DNA of 64,000 nucleotides, taken from the NCBI GenBank assembly GCA_963775255.1, contig CAVZIA010000012.1, positions 15,919 to 79,918 of the forward strand, written 5' to 3'. This stretch comes from an uncultured Thermoleophilia bacterium. Its GTDB lineage: Bacteria; Actinomycetota; Thermoleophilia; UBA2241. Positions 30,024-40,788 of the stretch are shown piece after piece. Every line of letters begins with the position of its first letter. Positions within the stretch are counted from its first letter, which is position 1. The notes under the pieces were generated by a model. The model did no database searches, was not told the DNA's origin, and worked only from the letters and a program-made list of their open reading frames with translations. Made by a program: the position numbers and the translations under genes.

Positions 30024-30542
30024 GTGAGCATCGAGTACGTCCAGCGGCAACTCGGGGCCGCCGAGAGGATCCGGTACACCGACCGTCATCACTGGGTCTT
30101 CTTCGTCGCCGAGATGATCAAGTGGATCCTGTTCGCAGCGGTCGTGATCGCCCTGATCATCCTGCTCAAGGTCTGGTGGCTGCCGCGCGCGAGCTGGGTC
30201 TGGTGGCTGCTGCTCGTCTTCCTCGTCCCGGCGGTGCGGATCGCCTGGGGCTTCCTCTCCTGGAAGATGAACGTCTACGTACTCACCAACCGGCGCGTGA
30301 TCGAGTCCACCGGCGTTCTCAGCAAGCGTGTCTCCGACTCCTCGCTCGAGAAGCTCACCGACATCGTGCTCAAGCAATCGATCATGGGGCGCGCCCTCGA
30401 CTACGGCGACATCGTGGTGCTGACGGCCGCGGCGGTCGCCGGGATCAACGACCTCAAGCAGATCCGCCGGCCCATGGAGTTCAAGACACAGATGCTGAAC
30501 GCCAAAGAAGAGCTCGAGCGAGAGCTGGGCGCGAGCAACTGA
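30024..30542 (+). CDS. Membrane-anchored bacterial PH domain protein
   Basis: Two TM helices, then YVLTNRRVI..GVLSK and GR.LDYGD. Confidence 0.85.
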   Translation: MSIEYVQRQLGAAERIRYTDRHHWVFFVAEMIKWILFAAVVIALIILLKVWWLPRASWVWWLLLVFLVPAVRIAWGFLSWKMNVYVLTNRRVIESTGVLSKRVSDSSLEKLTDIVLKQSIMGRALDYGDIVVLTAAAVAGINDLKQIRRPMEFKTQMLNAKEELERELGASN

Positions 30543-30597
30543 CGGTCGTCGATCGCAGCGCCCGCGTCCGCCGGCGGCGATGCTCGGCTCCAGGGCG

Positions 30598-31158
30598 TCA
30601 GCTCTCGGGCGTCCACTCCTTGCCCGCGCTCCAGCACTTGGCCACCGGTTCTCCCAGAGCCCAGTACTTCTTGCTCGCCATGTCGAAGAGCAGCGGCTTG
30701 AGCTTGGCGATGTCGACGACACCGTTGGTCAGGACGTCGACGTCGGCGTAGGTGCCCACGATCTCCCCGACGAACAGGTCGTGGGTCGGCAGCGTGACGT
30801 GCTCGATGAGCTTGCACTCCATCGTCACCTTGCACTGCTGGATCATGGGTGCGGTGTCGAGCTCGCCGTAGAACAACTCGAAGAGCCCGCTCTTGTCCTC
30901 CTTCTTGCCGCTGACCATGCCGATGTGGTCCGTGACTTCGACCATGTCCTCGGAGGGCAGACTCACGCTGAACGTCTTGTTCTCGATGATGCCCTTGTTG
31001 GTCAGATGGGCGTTGCCCATGCCGAGGGTGATGCCCCTGAGGTGGGCGATGCCGACGTGGGCGACGGTCGCGAAGTCGGGCGTCCCGTCGACGGTCGCGC
31101 CGACGATGGCGGTGATGAGCGGGTAGAGCGCGTTGGTCGATCCGAGCTTCTCCTTCAA
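30598..31158 (-). CDS. Flavin reductase family protein
   Basis: LYP.I.AIVGA, FSVSLP, APMI..C..MECK, HDLFVGEI; TTG start after GAGG. Confidence 0.85.
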   Translation of the reverse strand: MKEKLGSTNALYPLITAIVGATVDGTPDFATVAHVGIAHLRGITLGMGNAHLTNKGIIENKTFSVSLPSEDMVEVTDHIGMVSGKKEDKSGLFELFYGELDTAPMIQQCKVTMECKLIEHVTLPTHDLFVGEIVGTYADVDVLTNGVVDIAKLKPLLFDMASKKYWALGEPVAKCWSAGKEWTPES

Positions 31159-31297
31159 GGTGACCTCACTGGTCGCGATGGCGTTTGCGTGTGACCGCTC
31201 TCTACCCACGCCGGGCCGTCGCGTAATCGGCGCGGCGGAAAGGGCCGCGGCGGCCGGCCCGGTTTCGCCACGGCCGCCCAGCCTTCATCATGGTCGC

Positions 31298-32425
31298 ATG
31301 TCCCCGGACGCCGACAGGCCCGCCGAGCCCGGCACGCGCCGCCGCGAGCGCAGACCACGGCGGCGCCTCCCCGCTCTCGCCGTCATCGTCGTCGCCGGCG
31401 TCATCGCCGTGGCGGCGGCGTTCGCGCTCGCCTCCGCGCTCGACGACGACCGGCCGCAGGGCCCGTACCTCATCGGCGCGTGGAGCTTCGGCGACAGCGC
31501 CTCGCTCGCGACGGCCGTCAAGGCCGGCGCCCTCGACGAGGTGAGCGTCGACTGGCTGCAGTCGCGGGCCGACGGCAGCGTCTTGGCTCCGCGCCTCGAC
31601 ACCGCCTTCATCGCCGAGGCGAAGCACCAGCACTGCCGCGTCTTCGTCACCCTCACCGACTACAACGAGGCTACCCACACGTTCGACCGATCGATCCCCG
31701 CGGCGATCCTTGCGTCGGCGCAGACGAGGCGCCGGCACGCTGCGGCCGTCGCCGCCTGGTGCAGGACCTACGGCGTGGCCGGCGTGGACGTGGACTGGGA
31801 GGCCCTCAAAGCCTCGGACCGCGATGCCTTCTCGGCGTTCGTCGAGGAGCTGGCGAGCCGGCTCCGCAACGACGGCCGCCTCATCGCGGTCGACGTCGTC
31901 CCCAAGCTCCGGGAGCCGGGCAGCTGGGATACGCCGCGAGCACAGGACTGGGCGCGCCTCGGCAGGGCGGTCGATCAGTTCCGGGTCATGACCTACAACT
32001 ACTCGGGCTCGTGGTCCGGGCCGGGACCGCTCTCGCCGCCAGACTGGATGGACCGTGTGCTCACCTATGCAGAGTCGCAGGTCCCTCGACGCCACATCGT
32101 CATGGGCATCGGGTTCTACGGGCGCGACTGGCAGGGCTCCACGACCAGGGACCTGGTCTGGAGTGACGTCCGGGCCATCCGCGCCGCCGACCACCCCAAG
32201 GAGATACGCACGGGCTCGCGAGAGCTGTACCTCACGTACCGCAAGGACGGGGCGCTCCATCAGGCCTATTTCCCCGACGCCGCGGCCATCCGCGCCAAGG
32301 CGGAGATGCTGCTCTCGCGTCACCCGCACCTGCGCGGCGTGTACGCCTGGGAGATGGGGCAGGAAGACCCGCGCGCGTGGCGCGAACTGGCGCGCGCGCT
32401 GCACGCCGGCAAGACCGGACGGTGA
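31298..32425 (+). CDS. GH18 glycosyl hydrolase (chitinase-like), membrane-anchored
   Basis: DxDxE motif GVDVDWE, VMTYNY, MGIGFYGRDW, AWEMGQED. Confidence 0.85.
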   Translation: MSPDADRPAEPGTRRRERRPRRRLPALAVIVVAGVIAVAAAFALASALDDDRPQGPYLIGAWSFGDSASLATAVKAGALDEVSVDWLQSRADGSVLAPRLDTAFIAEAKHQHCRVFVTLTDYNEATHTFDRSIPAAILASAQTRRRHAAAVAAWCRTYGVAGVDVDWEALKASDRDAFSAFVEELASRLRNDGRLIAVDVVPKLREPGSWDTPRAQDWARLGRAVDQFRVMTYNYSGSWSGPGPLSPPDWMDRVLTYAESQVPRRHIVMGIGFYGRDWQGSTTRDLVWSDVRAIRAADHPKEIRTGSRELYLTYRKDGALHQAYFPDAAAIRAKAEMLLSRHPHLRGVYAWEMGQEDPRAWRELARALHAGKTGR

Positions 32426-32745
32426 GCGGGGCGGGCGGAGGCGGGCGGGTGCCGCTCGCGCCGTTGCGTCTGTGAGGCGAGAGCGGCCGGCGGGCTGCTC
32501 CTCGCCCGCCGGCCGCCGGCCACCACCGCACGGCCTGGGCCGGGCGGCCTCTCGCCGGGCGCGTGAGCGTGCGCCCGGGGGTGGACTCACGGCGCGCGAC
32601 CGCGACTCCGGCCGTCGCCTGACCTTATCGGTATCGCGCCGCCGGACCGCTCCATGAGCGGATTCTTTCGTCAGGACTGTCGACGCCCGGCGCGCCCGTC
32701 CCTGTGGAGCGCGAACCACCATCGTGGCCGACGGTCCGCAAGAAG

Positions 32746-32785
32746 CAGGAGGCCGGGGACTGGAGCGGGTCCCCGGCCTCCTGCC
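32746..32785 (-). terminator. Perfect 16-bp hairpin; possible minus-strand terminator
   Basis: GCAGGAGGCCGGGGAC-N8-GTCCCCGGCCTCCTGC, followed by TTCTT on the minus strand. Confidence 0.5.
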
Positions 32786-32948
32786 GTGGTCACGGTCCCC
32801 CCTTTTCTTTCTTCTTCGCTCACGTCAGCGCGCGCACATGCACGCGCAAACGGCTGCCGCCGCCACGGCGGCTGCCCCGTGTGCTCGTTGCCGGCGCCTG
32901 CTACCCTTGTAACACCATGCGCGACCGGAGCCACGTGCAACTCACCTG

Positions 32949-33866
32949 ATGGACGACTTCAACCTCACCTCCCGCCTGCGGGGGGCCGCCCTCGACGAGG
33001 CGCTGCGCCTGCACAGCAGTCTCATGGGAGAGGCGCGCGGGATCATCGACCACGGCAACGAGAACGGTGTGGTCCTGCGCCTCACCGGCGGCCTCGCCAT
33101 TCGTCACTACGCCATCGACCTCGAGTTCGCCGAGCGCGAGTACAGCGACATCGACCTCATCGGGACCAAGCGCCAGGTGGTGGAGATCGGTGAGGTCTTC
33201 AGCGACCTCGGCTACGTCGAGAACAAGCACGTCGCCATGGCCACCGGCAACGGCCAGTTGCAGTTCTTCGTGCCCGAGGGCGGCGCCGCGGGCGCGGGAG
33301 AGGACGACGTCCTCCCCGTGGTGACCGAGACTCCTCCCAGCGACCACATCGACGTGTTCCTCGACGCCATGCGCATGGATCACGATCTCGACTTCCGCGA
33401 CCGGCTGGAGATCAACACCTACGCCATCGACCCCGCCGACCTCTTTCTCAGCAAGCTGCAGATCGTCAATCTCAACGAGAAGGACGTGCACGACACGATC
33501 AGCCTGGTCAAGGACGTGTATGTGGACTTCCAGCCGCACCCCGGGGTGCTCGACCTGCAGCACGTGGCGGAGACGTGCGCCGCCGACTGGGGCCTCTACA
33601 TCGACGTGATGAACAACGTCGACACGGTGGTGGAGCACGTCGGAGAGTACGACCTCAGCCCTCGGGACGCCGCGCGCGTGCGCCGCACCCTCGAGCTGGC
33701 GCAGGACATGATGACCGAACAGGCCAAGACTCTGCGCTGGCGCCTGCGCGCACGCATCGGCAAGCGCGTGCGCTGGTACTCCGAGGTCGAGGAGCAGTTC
33801 GGCGGGCGCGCGGACGACGCGAGCGTCGCCGTGCGCACCAAGGCCGGCCGCGCCGCGACGTCGTAG
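32949..33866 (+). CDS. Nucleotidyltransferase-fold hypothetical protein
   Basis: LRLTGGLA...YSDIDL, IDVF.D, DLFLSKLQIV..NEKD..D. Confidence 0.7.
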   Translation: MDDFNLTSRLRGAALDEALRLHSSLMGEARGIIDHGNENGVVLRLTGGLAIRHYAIDLEFAEREYSDIDLIGTKRQVVEIGEVFSDLGYVENKHVAMATGNGQLQFFVPEGGAAGAGEDDVLPVVTETPPSDHIDVFLDAMRMDHDLDFRDRLEINTYAIDPADLFLSKLQIVNLNEKDVHDTISLVKDVYVDFQPHPGVLDLQHVAETCAADWGLYIDVMNNVDTVVEHVGEYDLSPRDAARVRRTLELAQDMMTEQAKTLRWRLRARIGKRVRWYSEVEEQFGGRADDASVAVRTKAGRAATS

Positions 33867-33903
33867 CCGGCGCGGCCGGCCGGGCGCGTCCACGAGGCGG
33901 CGC

Positions 33904-34926
33904 TCAGCCCTCCGGCCAGCGCGGAGGCGTCGCGATCAGCGCCCAGCCGACGCCGTCCTCGAGCTCCCGCACGGCCGCCCAGTCGCCGGCCGAGAAGTGC
34001 CGTCGCGCCAGCGGCTCCAGCAGGCGCACGTCCAGTGCCAGCAGGTCGTCGAGCTCGCCGAGCAGCCGCAGGCCGGCCTCGACGGCGCGGGCGGCATCGT
34101 CACGCTCCACCGCCAGCGCGAGCCGCCGCAGCGACTCGAGCGCCTCACGCTGCCGGGCGGCGAGCAGCACCTGCGGCCCGTCCACGCCGTGCACCTGCAG
34201 CGCCGGGAACCAGGCCTGCTGCTCGCGCCGGAACCGCGACTCGACGGACGACAGCCGGTCCACGAGGCGGGCCACGAGCGGCCTCTCCCGCTGCCAGCGC
34301 AGCCGAGCCGGCGAGCCGCCGAGCCGCTCGAGCTCTTCTCCCAGTCCTCGGCACAACCGCCGGACGAGCTCGGCCTCGCGGCGGAACAGCTCGAGCGGGT
34401 GGCCGGGCGGCGGAGCGAGGACCTCGGCGGCTGCCTCGGCGGCGGTCGCTTCAGCGATGCTCTCGGCCTCGCGACCCGACGCCGCCTCGTTCGAGAGCGC
34501 CGCCTCCAGTGCGGCCGTCTCCGCCCGCTCGAGGTCGGCCGTGGCCTCCTTCCAGCGGTCGGCCGTCTCCTGCAGGGACCGCCCGGCCTCGAGCGCAGCG
34601 ACGATCTCACGCAACTCGCCGAGCCGCCGCTCGTCGCCGATGATGCGCCGCGGCGCGTCGGCCACACGCGGCGCCCGCCCCGTGCTTCGCTCCACCTCGG
34701 CGGCGATCTCCCCCACGAGATGCCGCCAGGGCACGCCGAGCCTCACAGCCACGTCGCTCAGGGTCATCACCCGCGCCCACCGCGTACGGGCGCGCTCGTC
34801 GGCCAGCCTCTCGAACCCCTTCACCCGCTCGAGGAGGAAAGGCTCGAGGAATGCGTACGCCTGGAGCAGCGCGTACACGGTCGTCCGCGGCCCGATGAGG
34901 ATGTCCTTTGCCCGACCAGTGCTCAC
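33904..34926 (-). CDS. DUF1858/DUF438 hemerythrin-like protein (degenerate)
   Basis: N-terminal DUF1858-like segment, GHPL..F.RE, W..VRE.E..VGW. Confidence 0.65.
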   Translation of the reverse strand: MSTGRAKDILIGPRTTVYALLQAYAFLEPFLLERVKGFERLADERARTRWARVMTLSDVAVRLGVPWRHLVGEIAAEVERSTGRAPRVADAPRRIIGDERRLGELREIVAALEAGRSLQETADRWKEATADLERAETAALEAALSNEAASGREAESIAEATAAEAAAEVLAPPPGHPLELFRREAELVRRLCRGLGEELERLGGSPARLRWQRERPLVARLVDRLSSVESRFRREQQAWFPALQVHGVDGPQVLLAARQREALESLRRLALAVERDDAARAVEAGLRLLGELDDLLALDVRLLEPLARRHFSAGDWAAVRELEDGVGWALIATPPRWPEG

Positions 34927-35054
34927 GGCCGTGCATCCTCTCGCGCCGGGACGCGGTGAGCAAGGGCCGGCGGTCCGGCGCGACGTTGTCGCACCGCCGC
35001 CCCCGGTGGTATCCTGCCGCTCCCGCCCTCTCCCCGGCACCGGCGGCCCACGCC

Positions 35055-37019
<1,965 letters not shown>

Positions 37020-37055
37020 CCGCACGCGGGACGGGCGTCTGTTACGCTCTCGCGC

Positions 37056-37949
37056 ATGGTCACCCCCGGCGGCACACCACCGAGCGGCGCTCCGGCAGAC
37101 CTGTCCGCCGCGAGCGGCGCCCGCGCGGCCGGTATGCCCTCCCCCAGCCGCGCCCGCGCCCTGCAGAAGCGGCTGCTGGACTGGTACGCGGAGAACCGCC
37201 GCGACCTGCCGTGGCGCCGCACCACGGACCCCTACGCGATCCTCGTCAGCGAGGTCATGCTGCAGCAGACGCAGGTCCCGAGAGTCGTGCCCAGGTTCCA
37301 CGACTGGCTGGCGGCCTGGCCGGACCTCGAGAGCCTTGCCGCGGCGCCGCTGGCGGACGTGCTGCAGCGGTGGCAGGGTCTCGGTTACAACAACCGGGCG
37401 CGACGCCTGCAGACCTGCGCGCAGGCGGCCGTGGCCGACGCGGCGCGCGGCGCCCGCGCGAGATTGCCGCGCACGCCGCAGGGGCTGCGCGCGCTCCCCG
37501 GCGTCGGCCCCTACACCGCCCGGGCCGTCCTCATCTTCGCCCACAACGCCGACCTCGCGGCCGTGGACGCCAACGTGCGCCGAGTCCTCACCCATGAGCT
37601 CGGCCTCCCCGAGCACCTCGGCGAGAAAGACCTCCAGACGGTCGCGGACGCCGTGCTGCCGCGCGGCCGCAGCCGCGACTGGCACAACGCACTCATGGAC
37701 TACGGCTCGCTGGTCCTCACCGCGCGCAGCACCGGCATCGCCTCGCTGTCGCGGCAGGGCGCCTTCGAAGGGTCCCGCCGGCAGAAACGCGCCCGCCTGC
37801 TCCGGCGCCTGCTCGACCAGGGCCCGCAGCCGCTGGCCGAGCTCGCCGCGGCTCTCGGCCTGCCGCCGGCGGAAGCCGCGGACCTGCTCGAGCGCCTCGG
37901 ACGCGACGGGCTGGTCGTACAGACGGCCGGGACCTGGGGGGTGGCGTGA
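37056..37949 (+). CDS. mutY: A/G-specific adenine glycosylase (MutY-like), lacking the Fe-S loop
   Basis: RDLPWR, VSEVMLQQTQV, WQGLGY, LPGVGPYTA, VDANVRRV. Confidence 0.8.
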   Translation: MVTPGGTPPSGAPADLSAASGARAAGMPSPSRARALQKRLLDWYAENRRDLPWRRTTDPYAILVSEVMLQQTQVPRVVPRFHDWLAAWPDLESLAAAPLADVLQRWQGLGYNNRARRLQTCAQAAVADAARGARARLPRTPQGLRALPGVGPYTARAVLIFAHNADLAAVDANVRRVLTHELGLPEHLGEKDLQTVADAVLPRGRSRDWHNALMDYGSLVLTARSTGIASLSRQGAFEGSRRQKRARLLRRLLDQGPQPLAELAAALGLPPAEAADLLERLGRDGLVVQTAGTWGVA

Positions 37950-38419
37950 TCTACGACGTCGACATCGTCAGTGTGCCGGCGCGGCCCGTGGTGTCGCTGC
38001 GCCACACGGGTCCGCTTTCCGCCATCGGCGGCACCATGCGCCGCCTGCGCGAGATCCTGGCCGCGGCGGGCCTCCAAGCCGACGGGCCGATGTGCGCACG
38101 CTTCTACAGCGACGGCGCCGAGGGTGCGGACGCCGACTGCGACGTCGCCCTGCCGGTCGTGCCGCGCCCCGATGGCTCGGTCCCCGACGCCGTCGAAGAG
38201 GCGCGCGGCGAGTGGGTGCCCCTGCACCACGTACTCGAGGCGGTGCACCGCGGGCCGCACGACCACATGGACGACGCCTGGGCGGCGGTCCGCGAGGCCT
38301 GCGCCGCCCTGGGGTACACGCCGTCGGGGCCGGTCACAGAGGTCTACGAGGTGACTCGCGCCGACGGCGTGCCGCCGCAGGAGTACGTGACGCGCGTCCG
38401 TCTCCCCTACGCCCGCTGA
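37946..38419 (+). CDS. GyrI-like small-molecule-binding domain protein
   Basis: H.GP.D.M..AW, GP..EVY, T.VRLP; GTGA overlap with mutY. Confidence 0.8.
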   Translation: MIYDVDIVSVPARPVVSLRHTGPLSAIGGTMRRLREILAAAGLQADGPMCARFYSDGAEGADADCDVALPVVPRPDGSVPDAVEEARGEWVPLHHVLEAVHRGPHDHMDDAWAAVREACAALGYTPSGPVTEVYEVTRADGVPPQEYVTRVRLPYAR

Positions 38420-38447
38420 GCCCGGGCGACAGACGGCCGGCTCGTCC

Positions 38448-38768
38448 TCAGGTGCGGAACATCGTCAGCAGAAAGACCAGGTCTTCGTCCGCCACGACGG
38501 CGTGCTTCAGCTCGGCCGGCATGTAGAACAGCATCCCCGGCCGGCCCTCGTGCGCCTGGCCGCCCAAGGTGACGGTGCCTCGTCCCTGCAGGATCTGGAT
38601 CACCGCCGGCACGCTCGCGGTGTGCTCGCTCAACTCCTGCCCCGCGGCGAGCGTGAAGTGGATGAGTTTGTGGTGCTCGTTCTCGACGATCGCCTTGCTC
38701 ACGATGCCCTGCTCGGCGACCTCCACCATCGCCTCGAGGTCGGCGACGACCGGGTCTCCGACGTCCAT
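38448..38768 (-). CDS. Cupin domain protein
   Basis: F.LAAGQELSEH, ILQGRG, MPA.LKHAV.A. Confidence 0.85.
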   Translation of the reverse strand: MDVGDPVVADLEAMVEVAEQGIVSKAIVENEHHKLIHFTLAAGQELSEHTASVPAVIQILQGRGTVTLGGQAHEGRPGMLFYMPAELKHAVVADEDLVFLLTMFRT

Positions 38769-38880
38769 AGGGTCCTCCCGGATCCGCTGCAGCTTCCTGC
38801 TGCGAAGGTACCCGGGCCCTGCAGTTCCGGCCCATGACGCTTGCCAGGTCGCGATCAATTGCGCGCCACGTTTGACACGT

Positions 38881-38909
38881 TTGACATAAACATTACATGG
38901 CAATATACT
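38881..38909 (+). promoter_or_regulatory. Near-consensus sigma70 promoter with an overlapping inverted repeat
   Basis: TTGACA-N17-TATACT; TTGACAT-N9-ATGGCAA dyad; TTTGACA occurs at both 38871 and 38880. Confidence 0.75.
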
Positions 38910-38960
38910 TTGTGCCACGGTACACAAGAAAAGCTAATTATTCCCCGAAGGAGGCTCGTC

Positions 38961-39110
38961 ATGGCCGAAAGCACTACCGGCATCACGCACTTCATCGCCC
39001 GCGCCGTGACGACCGTGGCCGCGCTCCCGCAAGGCGTGCGCGGCCCGCTTCGCGGCAAGGACTTCATGCTCGACGATCAGACGTTCGGCGCCGACAGCGA
39101 CGGACATTGA
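38961..39110 (+). CDS. Small 49-aa peptide A
   Basis: AAGGAGG RBS; MAESTTGITHFIARAVTTVAALPQGVRGPLRGKDFMLDDQTFGADSDGH. Confidence 0.65.
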   Translation: MAESTTGITHFIARAVTTVAALPQGVRGPLRGKDFMLDDQTFGADSDGH

Positions 39111-39129
39111 CCCGGGAGGGGTGAGCACC

Positions 39130-39282
39130 ATGCAGCATCGTATTCTTCGCTCGATCAGCAAGTTCTTCGAGGGCACCAGCTCGGTGCTGAGTACGCCTTC
39201 CGGCGACGCTCGCGGTCACGTCAACGTGCCGATCGACACCATGTTCGACGTCGGCGACGGCAAGCACATCTACGGGCGCTGA
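39130..39282 (+). CDS. Small 50-aa peptide B
   Basis: GGGAGG RBS; MQHRILRSISKFFEGTSSVLSTPSGDARGHVNVPIDTMFDVGDGKHIYGR. Confidence 0.6.
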   Translation: MQHRILRSISKFFEGTSSVLSTPSGDARGHVNVPIDTMFDVGDGKHIYGR

Positions 39283-39355
39283 CACAGACGCGTATCTGAG
39301 ACATTTCTCCGTCCCGCGCGCGGCGTTCCCCCGCGCCGCGTCCAGGCGAGACACA

Positions 39356-39418
39356 AGGCCCTTCGCCCCCTGGTTCCGGCCCGAATCCCAGGGATCAGGC
39401 GAGGGGCCTTCCCCTTTT
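39356..39418 (+). terminator. Probable intrinsic terminator between convergent units
   Basis: AAGGCCCTTCGCC...GGCGAGGGGCCTT stem followed by CCCCTTTT. Confidence 0.45.
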
Positions 39419-39471
39419 CCGGATGAGCGCCACACCCGCGTCCACCGGGCACGCAGGCCCGCGGCCGCGGC

Positions 39472-40788
39472 TCAGGTGGCGAAGTACGCGGGGTAGCGGC
39501 GGGTCTTGGCCTTGCGGCGCTGATAGGTGCGCGCGAGCTCGATGAAGATCCCGACGTCGCGCTCCAGGTCGCCCTGGGTGCCGTCGAAGTAGAACACCCG
39601 GATCGGCATGTCGTGGAGATCCTTGGAGAGGCTCGGGTAGACGGCCTCCGTGACGATGCCGTTCATGCAGGTGAAGGGACTGATGTCGATGATGCCGTCG
39701 GCGCCCTTCTCGTACATGTAGATGGACTTGCCGCTGCTCAGCACCATCTCGCCCAGCGCCCCGGTGTACGGCAGGTACGGCTTGCTCATCTCGAGCACCT
39801 CTCGCACGTCGTGCGGCTCCTCGTACCCGACGAAGTCGTCCGCGAACGGCCCGAACAGCTTGTGCTCGTCCATGCGCATGACCTTGCTCTTGATGTAGCG
39901 GATGGCGTTGTCCTTGCCGAACCGCTTGCCGGCCTCCGTGAGACGCCGGCGTTGCTCGTCGTCGGTATACCAGACCCACTCGCCGATATCCGAGAGCCAG
40001 CACTCCCCTCCCTGCTCCTCGACCACACGGATGAGGTCGAAGTTGGAGAAGGTGTTGTGGCGGCAGAAGATCTCGCCGACCACCCCGATGAGTGGCCGCG
40101 AGGCGTCGTAGTCGGCCGGCAGCGCGCGGAACTTGTCGCGGGCGCGCAGCATGGCGGCGACGATGGCCTCCATGCGCTCCTTGTGCGAGACGTGTTCCAT
40201 GCTCACGGCCTTGCCCACGTCTTCGAGGCTCTCCTGGTACACCGCGTCGGTGGAGCCCTTGTCGCGCTCGTAGGGCCGCGTCTTGAGCAGGAGCTTCATG
40301 AGGATGTCCTGCGCCAGCACGGCGCGCCACGCCGTGCGCACCAGGTCCTGCGAGTAGTTGCCGATCGACGAATAGCCGTCGTTGGAGGTGATGCTGATCA
40401 CGGGCACGTCGTCGTAGCCGAGCTCGTCCAGCTTGGTTCTGATGAGGTGCAGGTACTGGCCGAAGCGGCACGGTCCGTTCGCGGACGGCATCAGGTAGGC
40501 GACGTTCTCGCGGCCCTCGTCCTCGATGATGCGGAGGAGGTCGCCGAGCACGATCTTCTGCGGGTAGCACTCGTCGCCGGAGGTCATGCGCCCTCCGAGG
40601 TCGAGCGTGCGCTCATCCGAGTCGGTGGTCTGCCACGCGTCGAAGCCGATGGAGCGGATCGCGGCCGCGAGCAGGTAGGAGCCGCCGTACGGCATCTGCG
40701 GCAGGTACAGCCTGCGGCCCTGCAGCCCGAAGTCGGCGATGGCCTCCCGGATCTGCTCGTCCTGAACGTGGTCAGCCTTCGACCCCAC
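39472..40788 (-). CDS. 2-hydroxyacyl-CoA dehydratase activase-associated protein (C-terminal-type partner)
   Basis: SGDECYP, GPCRFGQY, IGVVGEIF, SPFTCMNG; GTG after GAGGAGG. Confidence 0.8.
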   Translation of the reverse strand: MGSKADHVQDEQIREAIADFGLQGRRLYLPQMPYGGSYLLAAAIRSIGFDAWQTTDSDERTLDLGGRMTSGDECYPQKIVLGDLLRIIEDEGRENVAYLMPSANGPCRFGQYLHLIRTKLDELGYDDVPVISITSNDGYSSIGNYSQDLVRTAWRAVLAQDILMKLLLKTRPYERDKGSTDAVYQESLEDVGKAVSMEHVSHKERMEAIVAAMLRARDKFRALPADYDASRPLIGVVGEIFCRHNTFSNFDLIRVVEEQGGECWLSDIGEWVWYTDDEQRRRLTEAGKRFGKDNAIRYIKSKVMRMDEHKLFGPFADDFVGYEEPHDVREVLEMSKPYLPYTGALGEMVLSSGKSIYMYEKGADGIIDISPFTCMNGIVTEAVYPSLSKDLHDMPIRVFYFDGTQGDLERDVGIFIELARTYQRRKAKTRRYPAYFAT

